The notes beneath the pieces are model-generated. The model did no database searches. It was not told where the DNA came from and worked only from the letters and a program-made list of their open reading frames with translations. DNA of 64,000 nucleotides, taken from Podarcis vaucheri (taxonomy: Eukaryota). The stretch lies in assembly GCA_965113315.1 (NCBI GenBank), contig OZ220364.1. One strand, given 5' to 3'. The position numbers and the translations under genes were made by a program. Shown piece by piece: positions 38,301-45,981 of this stretch. Every line of letters begins with the position of its first letter. Position 1 is the stretch's first letter.

Positions 38301-41300
38301 CAGCCCTGTCTATGAGAAATACTGCTCAGATCACTTTGCTGATGGGCACTGTGACCAGGGCTGCAACAACGAAGAGTGTGGCTGGGATGGGCTGGACTGT
38401 GCACTGGAGGTGCCTGAGCGCTTGGCGGACGGCGTTCTGGTCATCACTGTGCTGCTACACCCTGACGAATTGCTCCGCACAAGCACCATCTTCCTGCAGA
38501 AGCTGAGTTCCATTTTGAGAACCTCCTTGCGCTTCCGCCGTGACAAGGACGGTAACTTCATGATCAAGCCATATTACGGGTCTGGCAGTCGGACGCCGTA
38601 TTATGGATCTGGCGGTCGGCAACGCAGGGAACTGGAACAAGAGATTATTGGGTGAGTCACACAGAGTTGCTGAAGAAAAGCAAGGAACTTTGGGGGTTCA
38701 GAGAGCTGCTTGGTGGTGGTGGTGGTGGTGGTGGTGGGGTTATAGGACCCAGGCCTCAAGGAACATGGAGGGAGGGATATAAGAAGGTTCTGAATTGGAA
38801 GGAGAGGTAGTTGGGCCCAGAGGCTCAGCTAAACTACTTCCAACAGCCTTCACAGAATAGGGCAGCTGTGAAAAACAACAACTGTAGAACTGGCATACAA
38901 ATCTGAGGGTTCTGAGGAAATACTAACAAATCCACAAAAACTGTTTTGGAGCTGATAACAGGATTATTTAGTGATAGATTTCCATAACTAGACGGGAGTT
39001 CGTTCAAGCGTTTTTAGATAACTTTATTATATTATTCAAGAACCGCTTCTGATGTCTAACTGCTTTCTTAGCCAAAGTACCAGAAGGTGGCTAATGAAAT
39101 AAAAGAAGCAAGTGAGTGTCTGAGATAGTGGTGGATCTCTGGAAGCTTTAGGCTAATGCCAAGCAAGTGGGTTGCATGCATCGTTAAGAACAAACGGGGT
39201 AAATGTGATTTGCTTAGGAAGAGTCAGCCTGCATTTTGTAGGAAGAGATTGTGCTCCACAAATACATTAGGATTATTAAAGCTGCTGATAGGATCTTGGG
39301 TGGTCTTTTCCTTGATGTGTGTATTTGGAAGTGCCCATTCTAAAATTCAGTGTGTAAAAAGCAACAGACCTTGTTTCCTGCCCCAAAGGATGAATGGGGA
39401 GCAGGACCTTTTGTGGAGCTGGCTGACTTGCCTTGTCCTAGGATTGTGTGTGCTACTAGATAAGGAGTTCTAGGCCCTCGTAACACTTGCTTCTTCCTCC
39501 AGGTCTGAGGTCACTCTTGAGATTGATAACCGACTCTGCTACCAGGCTTCAGACAAGTGCTTTCCTGATGCAGATAGTGCTGCAGACTACCTGGCTGCCC
39601 TGTCAGCGGTGGAGCGCCTGGAGTTCCCATACCCCCTCAAGGCTGTGCGAGGTGAGGGCAGCAGAGGAGTCATTTGCCGGAAGCAGAATTTGACTGGGTT
39701 TGGACTTTACAGGAAGGTCATGACAGGGTCTCCTAATAGGGCGGTATTGTTTCTACAGGTGAAAAGATCAAAGAGGAAGGCGAACTTAAGCTGGTGCCAT
39801 TGCTGGTGGTGGCATGCCTGATTCTGCTGGTGATCCTGGTGCTGGGTGTGCTAGTGGCACGGCGCAAAAGAGAGCACAGCACCCTCTGGTTCCCTGAAGG
39901 CTTCAGTCTGAAGAAAGAGAGCAGCAATAAGAACCGGCGTGAGCCTGTGGGTCAGGATGCCCTAGGCATGAAGTAAGAGCCTTTCATTCACCCAGAATGA
40001 AACCCCAGTTCCTGCAGCAGGTTTCAGCTTCTGCAGGAGATGGTCAGCTATCTGTGGCTTGTACTTGCTCCCAATTGTGCTTTAGTTAGCTGATGGAGAA
40101 CTTTTCCTTCATTTTGTGGTGTGATGTGGGAAAGAGCAAGAGGGTGTAAGCCCATAGCCTTGGTGTTTGCCCTGCACTACTGCTTGACTTCACTGTGTAT
40201 CTTTCCCCCTGCTGCAGGAATATTGGCAAAGGAGAGAGCCTAATACCAGACAGCTCAGAAGACTGGCTGGAAGAATGCCCAGAGGCCAAGCGACTAAAGG
40301 TATTCCTTTTGAGACTTTGCCTGGCTTAAGAAAGGGGATTCCAGCTCCTCACAAGAGCTACCCCACTGCCTCCCCCGCCCTCTCTCTTGGTGTCCGCAGG
40401 TATTACTCCCTGCATCAGACTACTGTGGGCCTGACTCATTAGTGTTTGCAAGCAGCAATGAAGTAGTTTGATGCACTAGGTGAATAGGCGCATATTATGT
40501 CTTTCCATAATAGCTACAGGCCCGTGTTCATCCTTGCCAGGTGGAGGAGCCAGCCATAGATCGTGAAGATCCTGTGGACTGCCGTCAATGGACACAGCAT
40601 CACTTGGTGGCAGCAGACATCCGCATGCCACCATCTATGGCCCTGACGCCACCCCAGGGTGAATTTGATACTGACTGCATGGACGTCAATGTCCGTGGAC
40701 CAGGTAATTGGGAATAAGGGCAGCGAGTTGGGTCTGTGAGCGCTCATACGGAGCTTTTGCAGACAGTGTCTGATGAACAGAATAGATCTGTTACTTCCTG
40801 TCTTCTGTAACAAGTCCCAACATGTTTTGTTCTAATCCAGTATGTGGCACATGGGAGAGGAGAAACAGAGCAAATCTTTTAACAAAAGCCAAACACAACA
40901 GCAACAACCCTTGTTGGGATCTCCTTACAGATGGTTTCACTCCACTTATGTTGGCCTCCTTCCGTGGTGGTGGTGAAATGGAGACTGAACTGGCTGAGGA
41001 AGAGGAAGCAGATGACTCCTCTGCCAACATAATCTCGGACCTAATCTGCCAGGGGGCTAACCTGAGTGCCCAGACAGACCGCACAGGGGAAACTGCCCTG
41101 CATTTGGCTGCCAGATATGCACGGGCAGATGCTACCAAGCGCTTGCTGGATGCTGGTGCTGATACCAATGCACAAGACAACACAGGGCGCACACCACTTC
41201 ATGCTGCCGTGACTGCTGATGCCCAGGGAGTCTTCCAGGTGGGTCTCACCCAATGGACTAGTGTGGCCTTTTAAATCCTGGACATAAATCCCCTTCCTCT

Positions 41301-44300
41301 GCCTTGCCCATGTTAACAGCATGCTCCAGTTCCCTTTTTAAGTGGAGAGCCACTGTGATGGTTACCACCTGGAAGTTATGAGTGTTATCCACCCATTACC
41401 TCTCTGGGGACACGATGAAAAGTTAGTTAGCCTGGCTGTACTTTGCATTGATAAGAGTGAATGGGAACCTAAGAACTGTACTTGAGGCGATAGTGTTACT
41501 GTGCACACGCTGCCTTGGATGGTGTGTGTTTTTGGCACCAACCTAACACACCAACATGTTCTGTTGCTAGATCCTGATCCGGAATCGATCTACAGACTTG
41601 GATGCCCGAATGGGGGATGGTTCAACAGCACTGATCCTAGCAGCCAGGCTGGCTGTTGAGGGCATGGTGGAGGAGCTGATTGTCTGCCACGCTGATGTCA
41701 ATGCTGTGGATGAGATGGGTACGTAACCCCCAGAGAGGCTGCGGGGCTGAGTTCTTTTACTTGGCTAGTCTGCATTATGCTAGACTTCAGCGGGAGGCCT
41801 CCTCAGAACTACAACATGCATTGCAAATGTATTCCAAATTAATGCCGCAAATGCACTGGCTGAACCTCCAGTCTGGTTGCCCTGGGCATTTCTCAGGCAT
41901 CAGCAAATCACTTGGCCATTCTCCTGACTCCTGCTTCCCTCTCTAAGCTCCTTAGATGCATTCTGATGAGGCTCTGCAAGGCAAGAGCCACTGCCATCAT
42001 AGAGCCCTGAGTGCCAGAGGTGGAGGGAGCAAAAGGATGGACTACACACATGATAAGGGAGTGTGGGATTATTATTTCTCTCTCTCTCTCGTCACATTCT
42101 TGAGAGTCAATAGGACCGCCCCCCACTCTCTCTGCTACCTATTTTTTACTGGCTCTTCTTTTTTCAGTCTGCCTACTGAACTGCTGGAAAGGGGACAGAA
42201 AAATCTTGCCAGAACTGATTGGGTGCAGAGGATTTCCCTCTCCAAGCATCCATTGCTGATGTCCCTCTTCCCATATCTCGCCCCCAGCCAGAGCTCTAAA
42301 CTATTTGCTTGCAGAGGGCATCCCCTGCCCTTCCATCATTCCACCCATTTTGCCTTTTCCCATTCCAATCCACCACCCTGCCCTCCTTTCTCCCTATCCC
42401 ACTCGCATGAAAATAAGCCAAGATCCATGTGTGGCCCTCGTTCCTGATGTATGGAGACAATGCCTTACTGTATGGAGGCATATTAAGAGAGTAGGGCATG
42501 GTCTTGGTGTGCAGGGTCGAAATGACAGAAGACCTTCTGGGGAACCTGCTGGTGATTCTGGGGACCCTGTAGCTACTTGACTCTTGCATGGACATGCATC
42601 TCCATAACAAAGCAGCTGACTCGCTGAGAGGACAAATCCAGAGTCTACAGAAGGTCCAGCATTAAAGCACAGAATGAGCAGCAACAGGCGAGGATGGTAA
42701 CGAGGAGCAAGGTGGTAGCTTTAGATTGAGGAGAGTTAGGGGAGCTGATGCAGCAGAATACTTCTAGTGGGATCTGAGACTCTGATACTGAGAACTTACA
42801 GTAATCCTCATGGTGTCATTCCTCTCAGGTAAATCAGCCCTGCACTGGGCAGCAGCTGTCAACAATGTAGAGGCCACGATTGCGCTGCTGAAGAATGGAG
42901 CCAACAAGGACATGCAGGACAGCAAAGTAAGTTCTTTATTGCATTTGTTTTTCATGTGATGCTTTAAGTTTCATGTGTCCCCATAACTTGGCAGAATCAC
43001 ATCCGTTGCTGTAGGCTCCTTCTGACAGGAGCAGCTCTTTCCATCCCTGTAAATGTCTTTAAGCTAGTTCTGGTGACTCCCCTGCCTGTATATGGTGGGG
43101 AGGTTTACAGGGAGGCAAGAAGCTCATGGCTCCTTTTCTAGAACGCTTTGTAGTATGTGCTCTTCATCACCCTGTCCTCTCTGCGGCAGGAGGAGACACC
43201 GCTGTTCCTGGCAGCCCGGGAAGGCAGTTATGAGGCAGCCAAAATCCTGCTGGATCACTTTGCCAACCGCGAAATCACAGACCACATGGATCGCCTGCCA
43301 CGCGACGTGGCTCAGGAGCGCTTGCACCACGACATTGTCCGGCTTCTGGACGACTACAACACCGTGCGCAGCCCACAGGGGGCGTTGCCCGCCGGCCACT
43401 CCCTCTCCCCTCTCATGTGCCCTCCCAATAGCTTCTTGCCCAGCTTGAAGCCCACGCCACAGGGCAAGAAGAGCCGGCGCCCTAGCACCAAGAACGCGAC
43501 GGCAGGCAGCAGCGCCAGCCTGGCAAGGGAGAGCAAAGAGGCCAAGGCACGTGCCAAGAAGCTCAACCTGGAGTGCCAAGGCTCTCTCCTGGAGAGCTCT
43601 GTCACCCTGTCTCCCGTTGACTCACTGGACTCCCCCTATGTGCCCAACCCTGCCTCGCCAGGGGTCTTCCACCCAGCCAACTCCTCCCTGTCAGTGCCCT
43701 CCACTCCCATGGTCCATGGCATGATGGAGGCGCCCTTTGCTGTCAGTCTGGCACGCCTGAGCGACCTGGGGGATGGCACCCTCCTCTCCATGAACCGCCT
43801 CTCAGTGCCACCAGGCCGCATGGGGCTCAGCCTGGGCATGGTGAGCCCCGTGGCCATGCCCTTTGATTGGCATGCCCGTGTCCCCACTTCCCAGTGCCAG
43901 CCAATCATAGGGGTTGTGCACCCTGCCGCCTCCCATCCCAACCTGCACCAATCAGGCCAGGCTTTCCCACCAGGGCTGCTTCTGCCCAGCCACATGGCCA
44001 TGGGGCACAGCTCCCAGGGTCTGCCCAACTCAGCTCCTCCACAGGCCAAGGAGGCAGCCCAGCCCATGCCCCCGCCAGCTACCACCATGAGAACCAACCA
44101 GCCTGTCTCGCCCCAGGAGGCCCAGGGGGCGCCCCGTGCAGGGCCCCCACAGTACCTAAAGCCCGCAGGGGTGGAGGATTACCCGACACCCCCTTCTCAA
44201 CACAGCTACACACAGGGGCAGGACGCGACCCCCAAGCACTTCCTCCATCCGCCCAGCGAGCACCCCTACCTGACTCCTTCGCCAGAGTCCCCAGAGCAGT

Positions 44301-44428
44301 GGAGCAGCCCCTCGCCCCACTCCTTGTCCGACTGGTCTGAATCTACTCCCAGCCCGACTGTCCTGGGGCCCAGCCACACCCAGCTGCCTTCGGTGGAGCC
44401 ATCCGCTAAGATGCAGGTGTTTGCGTGA
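1849..44428 (+). CDS. NOTCH3: Notch receptor 3, spliced CDS (exons 2-34; exon 1 upstream of window)
   Basis: 33 GT-AG exons join in frame: 35 EGF, 3 LNR, HD, TM, RAM (WFP), ANK, PEST. NOTCH3-type segments: [75 protein letters not shown], and a 143-nt exon 3 (fused EGF2/3 architecture). Confidence 0.96.
2345..2585 (+). mobile_element. degraded MIR/CORE-like SINE
   Basis: tRNA-like head, core-like ctacctcataggggtggtg...aagataaaat, L2-like tail. Confidence 0.45.
2745..2884. mobile_element. ~140-bp palindromic hAT-type MITE
   Basis: Same family as 17699-17836 (ctcccatca...tgatgggagttg); other degraded copies near 1335-1443, 20480-20605, 50750-50893, 52300-52410, 61883-62020. Confidence 0.6.
3040..3600 (+). 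mobile_element. degraded L1-like 3' fragment
   Basis: [13 protein letters not shown] resembles an L1 ORF2 C-terminus, followed by an AT-rich UTR; boundaries approximate. Confidence 0.35.
3603..3862. mobile_element. Tc1/mariner (Tigger-like) MITE
   Basis: TIRs CAGTGGTACCTCGGGTT / AACCCGAGGTTCCACTG; TA on the left; CpG-rich. Confidence 0.85.
3913..4276. mobile_element. Tc1/mariner (Tc2-like) MITE
   Basis: TIRs CCGTATTTTTCGC / GCAAAAAATACGG; TA on both sides; internal ATAACACGCAC repeats. Confidence 0.85.
6204..6400 (-). mobile_element. RTE-clade LINE 3' end with (GAA)n tail
   Basis: Minus strand encodes [22 protein letters not shown] (terminal C2H2), then a short UTR and the (CTT)n tract at 6204-6247. 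Confidence 0.75.
6738..7051. mobile_element. hAT MITE
   Basis: TIRs CAGGGGTCAGCAAC / GTTGCCTACCCTTG; perfect 8-bp TSD GTATATGA. Confidence 0.9.
8320..8357. repeat. (CT)n microsatellite
   Basis: Directly visible. Confidence 0.95.
8550..9680. promoter_or_regulatory. candidate intron-2 enhancer with RBPJ sites
   Basis: CGTGGGAA 9332-9339, GTGGGAA 9343-9349 and 8556-8562; AP-1, FOX, E-box, YY1, TEAD and CArG-like motifs; local CpG enrichment 9060-9210. Confidence 0.5.
10048..10536. mobile_element. hAT MITE
   Basis: TIRs CAGAGGTTTCCAC / GTTGAAAACCACTG; perfect 8-bp TSD AGTTGGGG. Confidence 0.85.
12535..13052 (+). mobile_element. L2-clade LINE 3' fragment
   Basis: Encodes [26 protein letters not shown] (L2 post-RT motif) with an aataaataaa tail; a related fragment lies at about 62395-62590. 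Confidence 0.75.
13126..13770. mobile_element. putative solo LTR
   Basis: TGTTA...TAACA termini; flanks GAATTT / CAATTT (5/6 TSD match); internal AATAAA and CCAAT. Confidence 0.45.
14996..15138 (+). CDS. NOTCH3: exon 3 (end EGF1, EGF2)
   Basis: gctag|A...CGAG|gtaaga; 143 nt; [10 protein letters not shown]...CPKGFR. Confidence 0.95.
15339..15674 (+). CDS. NOTCH3: exon 4 (EGF3-5)
   Basis: tttag|GT...CCTG|gtgagt; 336 nt. Confidence 0.95.
16305..16427 (+). CDS. NOTCH3: exon 5 (EGF6)
   Basis: ttcag|GC...ACAG|gtactg; 123 nt. Confidence 0.95.
16825..17058 (+). CDS. NOTCH3: exon 6 (EGF7-8)
   Basis: tgtag|GC...ACAG|gtaact; 234 nt. Confidence 0.95.
17344..17499 (+). CDS. NOTCH3: exon 7 (EGF9, start EGF10)
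   Basis: tccag|GC...ATTG|gtaaga; 156 nt. Confidence 0.95.
17699..17836. mobile_element. ~140-bp palindromic hAT MITE in intron 7
   Basis: TIRs CAGGGGTGCACAACCT / AGGTTATGCACCCCTG; perfect 8-bp TSD CCTTAAGT. Confidence 0.9.
17909..18094 (+). CDS. NOTCH3: exon 8 (EGF10-11, ligand-binding core)
   Basis: tccag|GA...TCAG|gtgagt; 186 nt; [14 protein letters not shown]. Confidence 0.95.
18418..18640. mobile_element. Tigger-like MITE (family A)
   Basis: TA-CAGGGGTACCTCGGGTTAAG...AACCCGAGGTACCAC; similar to the copies at 45982 and 48579. Confidence 0.85.
21452..21622 (+). mobile_element. degraded Squam3-like tRNA SINE
   Basis: Head ctcagcggtaga, tail agtcagagtagatactgggttagatgaacc...ggtataagatagct; an opposite-strand head lies at about 21975-22035. 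Confidence 0.45.
22651..22764 (+). CDS. NOTCH3: exon 9 (EGF12)
   Basis: tgcag|GT...TCCG|gtaagc; 114 nt. Confidence 0.95.
24076..24189 (+). CDS. NOTCH3: exon 10 (EGF13)
   Basis: ttcag|GC...GAAG|gtaatt; 114 nt. Confidence 0.95.
25295..25528 (+). CDS. NOTCH3: exon 11 (EGF14-15)
   Basis: tacag|GT...TCAG|gtaggg; 234 nt. Confidence 0.95.
26741..26851 (+). CDS. NOTCH3: exon 12 (EGF16)
   Basis: ccaag|GT...ACAG|gtgatg; 111 nt. Confidence 0.93.
27126..27318 (+). CDS. NOTCH3: exon 13 (EGF17, part EGF18)
   Basis: cttag|GT...ATGG|gtgaga; 193 nt. Confidence 0.95.
27531..27676 (+). CDS. NOTCH3: exon 14 (end EGF18, EGF19)
   Basis: tgcag|G...CAGG|gtatgc; 146 nt. Confidence 0.95.
28046..28159 (+). CDS. 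NOTCH3: exon 15 (EGF20; NOTCH1-EGF21-equivalent exon absent from mammalian NOTCH3)
   Basis: ttcttctgcag|GG...ACTG|gtgagc; 114 nt, phase 1-1; [37 protein letters not shown]; not in ORF track. Confidence 0.92.
28480..28728. mobile_element. Tigger-like MITE (family B)
   Basis: TIRs CAGTCGTACCTCGGA / TCCAAGGTACGACTG; TA on both sides. Confidence 0.88.
29407..29526 (+). CDS. NOTCH3: exon 16 (EGF21)
   Basis: cacag|GC...CAAG|gtactc; 120 nt. Confidence 0.95.
30072..30224 (+). CDS. NOTCH3: exon 17 (EGF22, start EGF23)
   Basis: catag|GG...CCAA|gtgagt; 153 nt; [21 protein letters not shown]. Confidence 0.93.
30912..31050 (-). mobile_element. tRNA-Lys(CTT)-derived SINE with CR1 tail
   Basis: Minus strand TAGCTCAGTCGGTAGAGCATGAGACTCTTAATCTCAGGGTTCTGGGTTCAAGCCCCACGTTGGGC followed by a CR1-like ...GGTCCCTTCCAACTCTACAATTCTA. 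Confidence 0.85.
31339..31567 (+). CDS. NOTCH3: exon 18 (EGF23-24)
   Basis: aacag|AT...ACAG|gtgagc; 229 nt. Confidence 0.95.
31658..32009 (-). mobile_element. Sauria/Squam1-type SINE, near full length
   Basis: Minus strand GGTGGTGCTGTGGGTTAAACCACAGAGCCTAGGACTTGCCAATCAGAAGGTCAGTGGTTCGAATCCCC... with (ACCTTT)-type tail. Confidence 0.85.
32669..32870 (+). CDS. NOTCH3: exon 19 (EGF25-26)
   Basis: ggcag|C...CCAG|gtaatc; 202 nt. Confidence 0.95.
33139..33292 (+). CDS. NOTCH3: exon 20 (EGF27, start EGF28)
   Basis: tctag|ACC...CGAG|gtaagg; 154 nt. Confidence 0.95.
34090..34274 (+). CDS. NOTCH3: exon 21 (EGF28-29)
   Basis: aatag|GT...TGAG|gtgagg; 185 nt. Confidence 0.94.
35432..35564 (+). CDS. NOTCH3: exon 22 (EGF30)
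   Basis: tccag|TGC...CTGG|gtaagt; 133 nt. Confidence 0.95.
35969..36220 (+). CDS. NOTCH3: exon 23 (EGF31-32)
   Basis: tctag|GT...ACTG|gtgagt; 252 nt. Confidence 0.95.
36609..36721 (+). CDS. NOTCH3: exon 24 (EGF33)
   Basis: ctcag|GC...CCGG|gtgagt; 113 nt. Confidence 0.95.
37352..37878 (+). CDS. NOTCH3: exon 25 (EGF34-35, LNR-A, LNR-B)
   Basis: tccag|GGT...GCAA|gtgagt; 527 nt; [21 protein letters not shown]. Confidence 0.95.
38304..38651 (+). CDS. NOTCH3: exon 26 (LNR-C, HD-N, S1 furin site RQRR)
   Basis: cacag|C...TTGG|gtgagt; 348 nt; [14 protein letters not shown]. Confidence 0.95.
39503..39651 (+). CDS. NOTCH3: exon 27 (HD-C, S2 site)
   Basis: tccag|G...CGAG|gtgagg; 149 nt; LEIDNRLC...[13 protein letters not shown]. 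Confidence 0.95.
39759..39972 (+). CDS. NOTCH3: exon 28 (TM, RAM)
   Basis: tacag|GT...TGAA|gtaaga; 214 nt; [27 protein letters not shown]. Confidence 0.96.
40218..40299 (+). CDS. NOTCH3: exon 29 (NLS region)
   Basis: tgcag|G...AAAG|gtattc; 82 nt; NIGKGESL...ECPEAKRLK. Confidence 0.93.
40541..40703 (+). CDS. NOTCH3: exon 30
   Basis: gccag|GTG...CCAG|gtaatt; 163 nt; [10 protein letters not shown]...MDVNVRGP. Confidence 0.95.
40931..41238 (+). CDS. NOTCH3: exon 31 (ANK)
   Basis: tacag|AT...CCAG|gtgggt; 308 nt; [16 protein letters not shown]. Confidence 0.96.
41571..41718 (+). CDS. NOTCH3: exon 32 (ANK)
   Basis: gctag|ATC...ATGG|gtacgt; 148 nt; [27 protein letters not shown]. Confidence 0.95.
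42829..42926 (+). CDS. NOTCH3: exon 33 (ANK)
   Basis: ctcag|GT...CAAA|gtaagt; 98 nt; [15 protein letters not shown]. Confidence 0.95.
43190..44428 (+). CDS. NOTCH3: exon 34 coding part (last ANK, NLS, C-terminal region, PEST)
   Basis: ggcag|GAG; [13 protein letters not shown]...MQVFA*; TGA at 44426-44428. Confidence 0.96.
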   Translation, partial: EETPLFLAAREGSYEAAKILLDHFANREITDHMDRLPRDVAQERLHHDIVRLLDDYNTVRSPQGALPAGHSLSPLMCPPNSFLPSLKPTPQGKKSRRPSTKNATAGSSASLARESKEAKARAKKLNLECQGSLLESSVTLSPVDSLDSPYVPNPASPGVFHPANSSLSVPSTPMVHGMMEAPFAVSLARLSDLGDGTLLSMNRLSVPPGRMGLSLGMVSPVAMPFDWHARVPTSQCQPIIGVVHPAASHPNLHQSGQAFPPGLLLPSHMAMGHSSQGLPNSAPPQAKEAAQPMPPPATTMRTNQPVSPQEAQGAPRAGPPQYLKPAGVEDYPTPPSQHSYTQGQDATPKHFLHPPSEHPYLTPSPESPEQWSSPSPHSLSDWSESTPSPTVLGPSHTQLPSVEPSAKMQVFA

Positions 44429-45082
44429 GGAGGCGGGTGGTGGAGCAGATCCCAGAGGCCTGTGTCCCTCTGTGGCCCCCATTGGGGCCTGCACTTGCCT
44501 CAGGGGCTCCTGTCGTCGTTTCCCCTGACTGTGTTTTTATAAGAGAAAAACTCAAGTGTAAAAAGGTTTTTTTAAAAAATAAAATAAAATATGCCTGGTC
44601 TTGGAGGGGGAAGGCATGGCCTCCCCCCCGTTCCCTCACTGCCACAGAGCCCAGGCTGGCCCTCTCCCTCCCCCTCCCCTGTAACCATGGCAATGAGGTT
44701 TCAGGGGAGGATTTTTTTTTTTAAAAAAAGAAATAAACTTTTTTTTTTTGTATAAACACTGCATTTACTCCAAACGCTTTATTTTTTACAATGTATGCAA
44801 TGTCAGAACCCCTGTCTTGCCACTCTTCTTCCTATGGGTCTTGAGCTGTGAGGAATGGAGAGGAAACTGTGCCCCTTGCTCCCCCCCCTCTGCATGGCAC
44901 TGTCTCTCGGGTCGAGCACCCACCTCCCCTCCCACCATGTTGGGGCGGGATTCTGCTCACTGTATTTGTGTACTGGGTACGCAGCATTAGCCCAGACTGG
45001 CATTGCTATGCAGAGGGTCGAGCCCCAAACCTGCCCGCTGTCCCGCAGGAAACTAAGCCCCATAGCCCCCCCCCAAACTTGG

Positions 45083-45099
45083 CACTTCTTCACATTCCA
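45083..45099 (+). promoter_or_regulatory. miR-1/miR-206 8mer site with extended 3' pairing
   Basis: CACTTCTTCACATTCCA; further sites ACATTCC 45295-45301 and ACATTCCA 45560-45567. Confidence 0.75.
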
Positions 45100-45870
45100 G
45101 GTTAATTTATTCATCTTAAATTCTACAGCATTCCCACCCTGTCCCCCACAAAATCCCCCTTGACTTTCCAAATTGCTTCAGCTAACGCTAGCCATGGTCA
45201 TGGGGATTTTTTCAGTCTCCAGAGTATTCTGAGCCACTCTTGTTTTCCCCTTTTTATTATTATATTTTATTATTATTATTCCCGGCCTTTACTAACATTC
45301 CTCCCATCTGGTCCAAGGCCGCCTTCGGCCTACATCGGCAAGTTACATGTTCCCTGTACGACGAGTTCCTTGCCCCTGCGGTACTGCGTGGGAATCTTGG
45401 GGGCAGCCCCAGACACTAAAAAGAGTTTCACTCTGTCGTGAAAGGTACTGAGATAGAACACAAAAGGCTTCTTCTGTTTCTCCTCAGAAACATCTGGCCC
45501 CAGCAGCCAACTACCTACACTTTCCTCACTCCCTGACCCCCCTCCCCTTCGCACTCTGTACATTCCAGCTATCCCTGGCTGTAAATACTGCTGGTGGGAG
45601 CAGGGGCCCAGGCAGGACCTTGGTCCGGTGGGGACCGCTGCTTCCTTCCCACCCCACCCCCTTCCCTTCCCATGCTCTGTAGCAATAGTGGGGGAATGGC
45701 CCTGCGCAAGTCAGACCTCTCTTGTCATAGAAGGACCATTTCTAGCTCATTTAAATAAATAAACAAAAAAACTTTTTTAAAAAAACAAATTAAAAAAAAA
45801 ATCCAGTGTAAACCAAGTAGCTTTAAAGCAGCTGGGTGCTTTGTGTACAGAGCGGCTTGAGCCGCGGCAT

Positions 45871-45876
45871 AATAAA
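45871..45876 (+). terminator. distal poly(A) signal AATAAA
   Basis: Upstream TGTA (~45844), downstream ctgtgtgtcttttgtttcg; other AATAAA at 44578, 44583, 44732, 45754. Confidence 0.65.
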
Positions 45877-45981
45877 CATAGCTAATAAGGAAATCGCCTC
45901 TGCTTCCTCTGTGTGTCTTTTGTTTCGTAGTTGCAAGTTCCGGCTGTGTAGCAAGCTACTACATATTTACATATATCTATA

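Larger units (their letters stand above)
44429..45895 (+). other. NOTCH3: NOTCH3 3' UTR (end approximate)
   Basis: No recognisable TE between the stop codon and the distal AATAAA, which has a GT/T-rich downstream element; MITEs resume at 45982. Confidence 0.65.

Noticed and set aside
40300-40310. U12-type intron (gtattcctttt)
   Set aside because: It resembles GTATCCTTT but has an extra T in the near-invariant core, and no clear U12 branch point was seen.
1849-44428. Assignment as NOTCH1 or NOTCH2
   Set aside because: Some exon sizes and motifs are NOTCH1/2-like, but the fused EGF2/3 exon and the HD-C, RAM and PEST sequences are NOTCH3-type. A phylogeny would be the formal test.
37358-44494. 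Long antisense and alternate-frame ORFs over exons 25, 31 and 34
   Set aside because: These are expected shadows of GC-rich coding sequence, with no independent coding signal.
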